Source: Giardia intestinalis (lineage: Eukaryota). From it: DNA of 64,000 nucleotides. Both the position numbers and the translations under genes were made by a program. The stretch lies in the NCBI GenBank assembly GCA_000002435.2, contig CM018792.1. One strand, written 5' to 3'. Of this stretch, positions 9,812 to 18,160 are shown in pieces. The notes below the pieces were generated by a model that did no database searches, was not told the DNA's origin, and was given only the letters and a program-made list of their open reading frames with translations. Every line of letters starts with the position of its first letter. Position 1 is the stretch's first letter.

Positions 9812-12313
9812 ATGATCGGTTTCGTCTCGCTTCTCCTATGCGGTATTTTCTCAGAATGCACCCAGGATAGCGAGTGTGGCGGCGCCGGGGGTACTTGTGA
9901 TGTCACGATCGGCGGTAAGAAGTACTGCTCCAAGTGCGACGGAGCGCGGGTCCCCGTCAACGGAGTTTGCAGATTGTTGAATGTATCTCGTAGTATATGC
10001 CAAGTTCCATTGAATAGCGCGGGTACTGGCTCTTGTACAGGCTGCATCCGTGACTTCCTCTTCTACAGGGGCGGGTGCTACCGCACGGCATCCCTGATCA
10101 ACGCCATATGCAAGGAGAAGCACATCGTCGAGGAGGGGATGTACTGCGGGGCGTGCGCCATCGAGGGCGACGTCCCGATCGACGGGGTGTGCGTATCAGC
10201 AAGCACAGATAGCTCTGGAAACACGTGCGACAAGGGCGTGTGCACGACATGCGCAAGCGGATACTTCTTCCACTACGGGTCATGCTACAAATTCGGAGGA
10301 TCTCCAGGCAGCACTGTGTGTCCTAAGCCAACTAGCACTACTGGCTCTGTCTGTGATTCTTGCGGGTCGAAGTTCGTCAAGAACCCCAGTGCGAGCTCGT
10401 CTGCCACCTCCTGCCTCGCGTGCTACGGGCTGGACGGGACCCTCTTCTGCGAGCGCTGCCGGATGAACGTGCTCACGAGCGCAGACGTGAAGCCCACTCT
10501 GTGCACACAGTGCAAAATAGGCTACGTGCCCGTGGATGGTCGTTGTGTGTCAACTTACTCTGCCACCTCGGCTCTTGCAGGGTGCTCTACCTATAGCGGT
10601 AATGAGAATACAAAGGGACTTTGCGAAACGTGCTCCTCCGGCTACATGCTCTTCTACGGGAGCTGCTACTCTGTCAACGGCCCCCTCGCCCAGGCCATCT
10701 GCAAGACCGAGAACCAGATCTACCTTGGGGGAAGGGTCTTCTGCAAGAGGTGCGCCCAGACAGACCACTACCCCATCAACGGCTTATGCATTGCTGATAA
10801 GGGATCACATACGTGCGAGGCGGGCATCTGCACAGCATGCGACACCAGCATGACCTCTGTCGACACCTCCAAGGTTTTCCTGTTCTACAACGGCTGCTAT
10901 GATGCAAACTCTGCAATCGGAAAGCTAATATGCCAGGAGGCGTCTAATGGAGCGTGTTCAACTTGCAATACAAACGAGACATCGAATATAATAGCTAATC
11001 CTAATTCTGCAGATGGCCAACCAAAATGTCTTGGATGTTGGGACGAGGCAGCTACTGGGGTGGCCAACTGCGGAGGGTGTGCGGCCGGCACAGACGGCGA
11101 TTCCAAGATCGTCTGTAGCAAGTGCACCGACTCGACGGAGCCCAAAGACAACACGTGCCCTCAGGCCCTCCCGCCCACAACGCCTGAAGGATGCGCCGTC
11201 CAGGGCTGCCAGGCGTGCTCGAAGGACTCCGCTACGACGTGCGACGCCTGCTTCGAGCCTCTCATCATGAAGGAGGACAAGACGAAGTGCTTCGGGAGTT
11301 GCCTGGCGCTGGGCCCGGGCTACTACAACAACTCTGGGATATGCAGCCCATGCATAGAGAACTGTCTCCTTTGTACAGACGGGGCCACGTGCTCCCAGTG
11401 CGCCGAAGGGTACTATCTCGAAGTGTCTGGTGCCGGCTCAACGACAGGAACCTGTAAGGCGTGTGCTACTGGATGCTCGACGTGCGCCAGTGCCGGTGAT
11501 AACCTTTGCTCTACGTGTGCTGTGGGATATTATGCTGCATTTGCTCCACGGCGCGGGGAAACGGGAAAATGCATTCTATGTAATGCCAGTGGGGATGGAT
11601 ATACTGGCGTCGCAAACTGTGCCGTTTGCTATAGTACTACAGGGGAAAGCGGAAATAAAAACGTTGTATGTAATACATGTGATGATGGATACATTAAACA
11701 GCACACAGGTAATACAGTCGTTTGTAACCTTCCGACTCCAGAATGCAATGCCGCAATGTGCTCGGTTTGTGTTGAAAATAACCCAGATCGTTGTGAGCAC
11801 TGCACGACCGGCGCGTACCTCTGCCCGCGGACGGCGACGTGCACGAAGGACTGCGCCAGCTGCGGCGGCTCGATGTACCCCGACGATGACCTCGGGGAGT
11901 GCCAGCCGTGCGACATCGCGAACTGCCGGGTCTGCGCGACGGGGCTCAAGTGCGAGAGCTGCGCGGAGAGCGCCGTCCCCATCTCCCCGGACGTCTACCA
12001 CACGGCGTGCATGGGCTGCAGCGACACCGGGGGCATGGACGGCTGGGTGGGCCTCGCGGGGTGCACGACCTGCGAGCTGACCGACAAGGGCGGCGGGAGC
12101 GTCAACTGCCTCGACCCCGGCTACTACCGGCGGGGCGGGCTCGGCGGGGGAGCAATCGCCGCCATCGTCATCGTCGTCCTCCTCGTCCTGGCCGTCGCCG
12201 GCTTCCTCGTCTGGTGGTTCGTCTTCAGGAGGGGCGGCCGGCCCAAGCGCGGGGCGAAGTACACATCGCTCATGCGGGGCGAGTCCTACGACTACCGCCA
12301 GTCTCTAATATGA
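9812..12313 (+). CDS. high-cysteine membrane protein (HCMP, VSP-like type I membrane protein with a longer cytoplasmic tail)
   Basis: ATG at 9812. Signal peptide MIGFVSLLLCGIFSEC. The ~780-aa ectodomain has repeated modules with CXXC/CXC and GCY motifs (FLFYRGGCY, YFFHYGSCY, YMLFYGSCY, FLFYNGCY). There is a single TM (AIAAIVIVVLLVLAVAGFLVWWFVF) and a 33-aa cytoplasmic tail ending …SYDYRQSLI, not CRGKA. AGTAAAC follows 7 nt after the stop, at 12320-12326. Confidence 0.8.
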   Translation: MIGFVSLLLCGIFSECTQDSECGGAGGTCDVTIGGKKYCSKCDGARVPVNGVCRLLNVSRSICQVPLNSAGTGSCTGCIRDFLFYRGGCYRTASLINAICKEKHIVEEGMYCGACAIEGDVPIDGVCVSASTDSSGNTCDKGVCTTCASGYFFHYGSCYKFGGSPGSTVCPKPTSTTGSVCDSCGSKFVKNPSASSSATSCLACYGLDGTLFCERCRMNVLTSADVKPTLCTQCKIGYVPVDGRCVSTYSATSALAGCSTYSGNENTKGLCETCSSGYMLFYGSCYSVNGPLAQAICKTENQIYLGGRVFCKRCAQTDHYPINGLCIADKGSHTCEAGICTACDTSMTSVDTSKVFLFYNGCYDANSAIGKLICQEASNGACSTCNTNETSNIIANPNSADGQPKCLGCWDEAATGVANCGGCAAGTDGDSKIVCSKCTDSTEPKDNTCPQALPPTTPEGCAVQGCQACSKDSATTCDACFEPLIMKEDKTKCFGSCLALGPGYYNNSGICSPCIENCLLCTDGATCSQCAEGYYLEVSGAGSTTGTCKACATGCSTCASAGDNLCSTCAVGYYAAFAPRRGETGKCILCNASGDGYTGVANCAVCYSTTGESGNKNVVCNTCDDGYIKQHTGNTVVCNLPTPECNAAMCSVCVENNPDRCEHCTTGAYLCPRTATCTKDCASCGGSMYPDDDLGECQPCDIANCRVCATGLKCESCAESAVPISPDVYHTACMGCSDTGGMDGWVGLAGCTTCELTDKGGGSVNCLDPGYYRRGGLGGGAIAAIVIVVLLVLAVAGFLVWWFVFRRGGRPKRGAKYTSLMRGESYDYRQSLI

Positions 12314-13123
12314 TTCCCCAGTAAACGGAGCTATCGCCTGCCGGTGCCTGTCTCTGAACGCGCATATCCCGGAGATGTCGACGGAGCCGAGGAGCCTCCG
12401 CGCCCGCAAGCGCTCCCCCGGAAAGGGCTCGGTGTCCGCCGTCTTCGAGATCGACACGCTGCACTCTGCGGCATCCGACGCGACGCAGGAGAGGCCGTTG
12501 TGGAGCACCACCCGGGAGATCTCGCTGACGTGGACGGACAGCATGGGCCGCAGGATGCACACTCGATGCCTGGCCCTGCTGGCAAAGTCCCTGACCTCGC
12601 AGTTGTAGTACCCCCGGAGCCCGAAGAAGGAGGCCCCGTGGACCCCGGTGATCGCCAGGGTCTCCAGGTCGTCCAGCAGGTGGTGGCCGAGGGCCAGGGC
12701 GTCGTAGCCGCCGGCGGACACAAAGCTCGCCAGTGTTCCGCGGCGGCAGCGAGAGCAGACGCTGCACGCAGACGCCTTCCTGGCCTCCTGCCCCGATGCA
12801 TCCAGGCGGGCGATCTTGGCCGAGACGTCCATCCCAACCACCTGCTGCTCGAACGTCATGGCTCCCTCTGCGGCGTCGTCGATCGATAGCGCACACGGGC
12901 AGAGGCTCCGTATCGTGTCCAGGATGAAGCCGGGTATCTTTGGGTCGAAGGTCACAGGGGTCACTTCCAGCGCCCCCAGGTCTCCTAGGCCGATGGGGTC
13001 AAACAGCCGCTTGATCATAGTAGCTGGAAGGAAGCCCACGCCTCTTCTGAAAGGACCAAAGTCGTCCGGTCTAGCCATCGGGACCAGTGGGTCAAACCGT
13101 TCAGCGTTAGAAGGAAAAGCCAT
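12305..13123 (-). CDS. TtcA/Ncs6(Ctu1)-family tRNA thiolation-like protein; PP-loop ATP-binding motif not recognisable
   Basis: ATG at 13121-13123. Strong similarity to the remembered E. coli TtcA core: CSVCSRCRRGTLASFVSAGGYDALALGHHLDDLETL versus [37 protein letters not shown]. Also FDPKIPGF versus LDQKQPGF, and RPMLSVHVSEI versus RPLAYCREKDI. No SGGKDS motif is found at the expected position, where the sequence reads …DPIGLGDLGALEV…. The gene is very GC-rich and its 3' end overlaps the HCMP stop by 9 bp. Confidence 0.55.
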   Translation of the reverse strand: MAFPSNAERFDPLVPMARPDDFGPFRRGVGFLPATMIKRLFDPIGLGDLGALEVTPVTFDPKIPGFILDTIRSLCPCALSIDDAAEGAMTFEQQVVGMDVSAKIARLDASGQEARKASACSVCSRCRRGTLASFVSAGGYDALALGHHLLDDLETLAITGVHGASFFGLRGYYNCEVRDFASRARHRVCILRPMLSVHVSEISRVVLHNGLSCVASDAAECSVSISKTADTEPFPGERLRARRLLGSVDISGICAFRDRHRQAIAPFTGESY

Positions 13124-13585
13124 TCTCGGGCGTCGCTAGTCTGCTGCTGTGGATCTCAGTGCGTTCCTACGTGGAACGAACCAATTACATGGCCAACGTG
13201 TAGCCACGTCACGCCTCTGGTACGAATATATCTACTGGGAAGGAATATAACGGAGAGTGATGGAAGAACAAGGCTACAATACGCTTGGTGATAGAGTAGA
13301 GAGGACCAGATTACTGGATCTAAAATTAGAAAGTGTAACTCTACGTGGCATCTCCTACTTAACAACCTACCTGACAAAAGTAATGACAGGACCATTTTAC
13401 TTGTTTAGCTGGTTAGACTCACACATACTCCATTAAAGTAGTGTATAATTGTGGTACAAGCCATAAGCAGCACTTATTGATAGCAATCCGTCATCGAGTA
13501 CAATCCAACCTGTACTCCTTATGTCCTTTGCAGAACTCAGCCTATATACAGTTTACTGAGCCAATCCGCTATAAACCTTTTCTGC

Positions 13586-16500
13586 CTACTTCTTTCTGTT
13601 ATGTCTTCTATTTTTAAGATTTGGCGGGATGTGCCCATGCTTCATCATCGCCCGTTTCTCTGCGTGACTGAGCATCTGCTTCTTTGCAATACGCTCGTCT
13701 CTCGTCCGCTTTTGAGTAACGAGTGTCATGCCTGCCTTTAGACGGGTTCTATCTTGTTTGCTGATATGCTTCCCAGTAAGAAGAGGAAGATAGGCATAAG
13801 GATCTGCTTTATTAGCGGTTTGTACATCACCTCCAGCACGCTTTGAACTGAACTCGTGACCTGTGTGCACAACCTTGAGTCTTCCACTGCTGTACTGCTT
13901 TCTCTGATTAATCTTCTTAATTTCAGATAATGTTCTGTTTAAGATGGCGTCGTTCTCTTTAATCTGGGTAAGCTTTTGTATATGTTCTGGCCTCAGACTA
14001 TCCCTCTCAACGGTCTCGTCAAGAAGCATCGCCATCGCCGAGTTGAGTGATTTGCCAAACTTCTTATTGTTTTTGAAAGGATCGTCAGCATCATTCGAAG
14101 AGTCTGGACACGGCTGCTTTTCCTCTAGGTCTATTACCTCTTCGGTTCCGTCAATTATATGCTTATAAATGTCCGCGAAGTCGGCATCATCGTCGCCATA
14201 AGACCTGATTCGCCCATGCATGTCCTCAGGAATTGATAGAGCAACATCCAGGTAATTCGGCAACGTGAACCTCCCTATCATCTGGTCAGAGGCCTTGTGT
14301 CTCAGCTTGGAAAGAACAGCCGAGACCATGCGCCTAGCAGACACGCATGCCTCAGCGGCAGCATCGCGGATAGCCACTAGTATTTCTGGGTCTAGGTTAT
14401 GGATAGGAGTTTCACTATTAGCAACTATATACTCCATCATGTCCTTGATGATTAAGTTGAAGGCCTCCTCATAGAGGTCCTTGGAATAACTGTATCCCAT
14501 GGCGAGGCCAAGTTGAAAGAGGATGTTTTTGACGACGGACCGATATGGAGAAGTCAGCGAGCCAATGACAAGGCGAAGCAACACCCGCGGGATCTCCTCG
14601 GCTATGGAAAGAAGTTCGGACGGTCCTGCTGCTGATATAAAGGCGGAGAAGAAATTCAGTAATCGTTTGGCAGAGTGAGTGGGAAGAGAAAGAGTATATC
14701 TGTAAGAGAATTCTGTTGTTTCTTCACCAGTCTCCGCGTCTGTTGAGGCAACCTTTCGCTTTTCTAGGAATAGGTTAGTCCTAATGTCTGCCAGTAACTG
14801 AGTGGCGATTGTGATAAAGAGCGGGTGGGTACAGTTGAAGTCAGAGATGTTGACGCCCTTTTCCAGAAGAATGTTTAAGTCTTCAACAAGAAGCTTTTTG
14901 ATAACTTCTGTCATTCCAATCATAATTATCTGGAGGAGATATGCATAGTTTGCCCACACGTCAACAGAAGAGTTCTGCGGTGGCTGCAGGCAATCAGTGA
15001 TCTTCTGAACAGCCTCATAAATATCCAGCTTCAGCGAGCCAAGCGACTCATTGTTGCAGCATTGTCTACAGGCCTTTACTGTCGCTGCCTTAATCATTTC
15101 TGATGCCATGTGCCTGACACGCATGTTATTATCACTCAGACAGAGATATATATCACGTGCAAACTCCGAAAGAATGTGAGACGGCTCCAAATTAAATACC
15201 TCTGAAGAGCGGACTATGTCAGCATAAAGTCCAAAGCGATGGCGCTGCAATGCACCACCCCGGAAGGTTTCTGCGCCAGCTGACTCTATGGACGAGATAA
15301 TCGCCTGTGAAAGCTCGGGGTTGTCTTTAGAGGACGCATTCACAAGAAACCGTAAGATTTTATAGTGCAGTTTCTGCGCAGAAATAGTGTGTATAGTGGA
15401 AAGCTTGGAATCCAGCTCGAGAAACACAGGGACTGTCTGGGGACCGAGAGGAGAGAAGTTTGTAGCCGTAATACATCCAGAGAGAATACCATTGAAGACA
15501 TCAAAAAGGCTGGCCTGTGGTCCTGTGCCATCAATAATTCGCTTGATGACATTAGCACAGGCGGTGGATATTAAGGGCTTCTTTGCTAAAGACACTGCTA
15601 GCGGTAACAAAGTTACATAGGGATTGTTAGGAGGAGAGTCTGCAGCCAGCATGCGGTCCAGAAGAGGAGATAACAGCTTTGGAACCAGGAATCCTCCAAC
15701 AAATGAAAGACTAGCCTCAAAGAGACGCAAGTTTTTAATAACAGCGGCAGAAAGCTGAAAGGGCTCCGGCTTGGCAATGAGCTCCATAAGCAAAGTGCAT
15801 GTATCGCCAGTTGAAGAAAGCTCACTAGTAGGACCAGCTCCTTGAGAGGTGGATGATGTTTTGATAATGGACTCAACAAGCTTCGTGACATTAGCTCGTA
15901 GCGTAGAAAAGAACCGGAGAAGGTTGCCTATAGCAGAGCCACACGCATGAAGAGCGCGCTGCTCTGCTTCAGTTGATCCGAATAGGTTATCGATTAATAT
16001 GCTGCAGAAAATATCAACAGAGGTTTTAGTAGGGGCTTCAGCCAAAGCTATTGAGGTGTCCTGTGAATATCCAAGAAGATCGTCTACTACTGGATTGCGT
16101 GTTACCTCTGAGACTATGGCCCAGACCTGATCAAGAAGAATTGAACGCGTTCCTGCCTGCAGTTTTTTAAACGCTGATTGGTTGAGGATTGCTTCAAACA
16201 GATGTGTATAAATGAAGGAGAGGGAGGCTGACTTGCATTTAGAATAGTAGGAAAGAAGCCACAGATCAGTGGCACTTGAGGGAGTCTGAACTAGGTCCAT
16301 CAGCTTACTGGTGCCGTCGTCACTTACTAGTCCGCAGTTGAATGCTTTAAATGCCAACTGCAGATCCATGTGCTTGATGAATGAGGTAATGATGAGGATG
16401 CAAGTGTGATTCTCCGTATGGCGAGCACCTGCAACTAGCGCCGTAAAGAGTCCTTTGAGACCAGCAATAACCTCCTCACACTCTTGTTGTTCATTTTGCT

Positions 16501-17881
16501 TTACAAGGAAGCATCCATCTGCGATTCCAGTAAATCCTGCACCAACCTTTGCGAAAAATGACTCTGCGTTAACGGGGTCTATCGTACTAGTAATGGCACC
16601 TATTGCCTTCTCAAACGCAGGGAGCAAGCGACCTGTTACAATGGCGTAATGTGTGAAGACGGACATGCAGATCAATGAAAGAGACTTTTGAACAACCTCT
16701 GGGTTGGCTCCCATTTTATAGAACAGTTTTAGCTGTTTCAAGAAGATGACGAAGTAGTCGAACAGTTGCTCGATAACCTGAAATGTGCCAGCGCCTGATG
16801 CTGCCTCTAAGATTCTCCTTGAAAGATGAAATGCAACAGTCTCATATATTAGAAGCATGCGGTTCACGATATCCCTATCTATGGGCAGTTCACGGAACGA
16901 CGATTCAATAAGCGACAAAAGGGATGCATCAATCACCAAATCCGATGATAAGATTCCTCCCAACACGTTTAGCGCACTCGCAGACATATCCGGAGCAAAT
17001 AACAGCTGCAGTAGTCTAATAACCAACATGCACCCTGCTGACATTTCCGTATCTTTATTCGAATGGTACACTGCCGGGCCTCCCGAGGCAGCATAGACAA
17101 GGTTTGCGGGGAGAGAAAGCTGCCCATCAGATAGAGATGAGTCATGTGTACGGAGATTATATAGAACAACCTTGGTCACTGCTGTGGTACCTTCTGTAAG
17201 AAGCATGGAGAGGATGGAAGAAATTATCTGTATGCTGCAGTAGCCTGGTGTTCGCGAATTTGTTGAATTGTCAAGATTTTGTCTTGTGGACTCATCAACA
17301 TCCGTATCAGCATCAGAGTCTAACGTATCGGTAGCTACTTTTATATTCTCCTTGATCAGCTCAACTTCATATCGCACGATGATACTCAAAATATCGTGCA
17401 CCAGAGACGCCACTTTGCGACGCCCATCTCCCAGCATTAGAGCCAGAAAGCCAGGCAGTTTGCTTTGAGGTGGAAAGGTGCCACCATCTGTTAAATTAGA
17501 AGCAAACTGCCTCAGCATCTCCAGGTAGAGAACTGTGATAAAGGTCGGTATGTTAGGAGCGCTAAGAAACTCCAGTGTAAAGGACTCTATGCGTGGAAGG
17601 ATAGCAAGAGACGATGCAACTGAGATGTCAGAGAGCATACTTTTAGCCAGAATAAATGGCGGCACAAGAGTTTCCATGGGAGTGAGATTCTTCCAGTCGG
17701 CGATAAAGGTTAGAATAAATGCGAGTACGTGTTCTCTTTTAGGTTCCGTGTCCTTAGAAATGCGGCTCCGCACAGCTGAAAATGCATTATTGCAAAAGAT
17801 TGTGAGAGGCTCTGCAAAGCTAGGATACGTGAGGAGGAATGGATTGGAGAAGGCTCCCGAAACTGAGATGCCCTCGTTCAT
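13586..17881 (-). CDS. large HEAT/ARM-like repeat protein, tentatively RRP12-like (pre-ribosome export factor)
   Basis: Track ORF 13586..17941 starts with GTG; the first ATG is at 17879-17881. The ~1430-aa protein is predicted all alpha-helical. Its C-terminus (…GDVQTANKADPYAYLPLLTGKHISKQ… followed by a Lys/Arg-rich tail) resembles the conserved C-terminal DPYAY(I/W)PL motif plus basic tail that I recall for RRP12 proteins. This rests on memory and is not verified. Confidence 0.35.
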   Translation of the reverse strand: MNEGISVSGAFSNPFLLTYPSFAEPLTIFCNNAFSAVRSRISKDTEPKREHVLAFILTFIADWKNLTPMETLVPPFILAKSMLSDISVASSLAILPRIESFTLEFLSAPNIPTFITVLYLEMLRQFASNLTDGGTFPPQSKLPGFLALMLGDGRRKVASLVHDILSIIVRYEVELIKENIKVATDTLDSDADTDVDESTRQNLDNSTNSRTPGYCSIQIISSILSMLLTEGTTAVTKVVLYNLRTHDSSLSDGQLSLPANLVYAASGGPAVYHSNKDTEMSAGCMLVIRLLQLLFAPDMSASALNVLGGILSSDLVIDASLLSLIESSFRELPIDRDIVNRMLLIYETVAFHLSRRILEAASGAGTFQVIEQLFDYFVIFLKQLKLFYKMGANPEVVQKSLSLICMSVFTHYAIVTGRLLPAFEKAIGAITSTIDPVNAESFFAKVGAGFTGIADGCFLVKQNEQQECEEVIAGLKGLFTALVAGARHTENHTCILIITSFIKHMDLQLAFKAFNCGLVSDDGTSKLMDLVQTPSSATDLWLLSYYSKCKSASLSFIYTHLFEAILNQSAFKKLQAGTRSILLDQVWAIVSEVTRNPVVDDLLGYSQDTSIALAEAPTKTSVDIFCSILIDNLFGSTEAEQRALHACGSAIGNLLRFFSTLRANVTKLVESIIKTSSTSQGAGPTSELSSTGDTCTLLMELIAKPEPFQLSAAVIKNLRLFEASLSFVGGFLVPKLLSPLLDRMLAADSPPNNPYVTLLPLAVSLAKKPLISTACANVIKRIIDGTGPQASLFDVFNGILSGCITATNFSPLGPQTVPVFLELDSKLSTIHTISAQKLHYKILRFLVNASSKDNPELSQAIISSIESAGAETFRGGALQRHRFGLYADIVRSSEVFNLEPSHILSEFARDIYLCLSDNNMRVRHMASEMIKAATVKACRQCCNNESLGSLKLDIYEAVQKITDCLQPPQNSSVDVWANYAYLLQIIMIGMTEVIKKLLVEDLNILLEKGVNISDFNCTHPLFITIATQLLADIRTNLFLEKRKVASTDAETGEETTEFSYRYTLSLPTHSAKRLLNFFSAFISAAGPSELLSIAEEIPRVLLRLVIGSLTSPYRSVVKNILFQLGLAMGYSYSKDLYEEAFNLIIKDMMEYIVANSETPIHNLDPEILVAIRDAAAEACVSARRMVSAVLSKLRHKASDQMIGRFTLPNYLDVALSIPEDMHGRIRSYGDDDADFADIYKHIIDGTEEVIDLEEKQPCPDSSNDADDPFKNNKKFGKSLNSAMAMLLDETVERDSLRPEHIQKLTQIKENDAILNRTLSEIKKINQRKQYSSGRLKVVHTGHEFSSKRAGGDVQTANKADPYAYLPLLTGKHISKQDRTRLKAGMTLVTQKRTRDERIAKKQMLSHAEKRAMMKHGHIPPNLKNRRHNRKK

Positions 17882-18160
17882 AAAGTTATAATTAATTGCA
17901 AAGCAGAATAAATGATGCCTCAAGCTGGGCCACAGAGCCACCCATTCATCTACACCATAGAAGACGAGTTCTCTGTCGGTCGCCTAATATCTCTGAACTA
18001 ATTAAACATAGGTTTACCTCTAGAGTCTTTCGTCACCTTATTGAAAATCTGTTCTTGTTCTTCCACTCTATCCTTAATGGCCAGGATTTCACGGATGAAT
18101 TAGTTCTTAGTGGCGAGCATTTACTTCAGGAAACAAAAAATTGAGAGGGGTCCGCCGTCA

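Noticed and set aside
5354-12889. Numerous 60-215-aa ORFs in other frames and on the opposite strand inside the VSP, HCMP and TtcA-like genes (e.g. 5354..5695, 5655..5972, 7679..8248, 7834..8343, 10536..10853, 11430..12080, 11576..12001, 12270..12896, 12344..12889)
   Set aside because: They fall entirely within the GC-rich island, where stop codons are rare in every frame. Their translations are Ala/Arg/Pro/Gly low-complexity. They overlap clearly real Cys-rich surface-protein genes.
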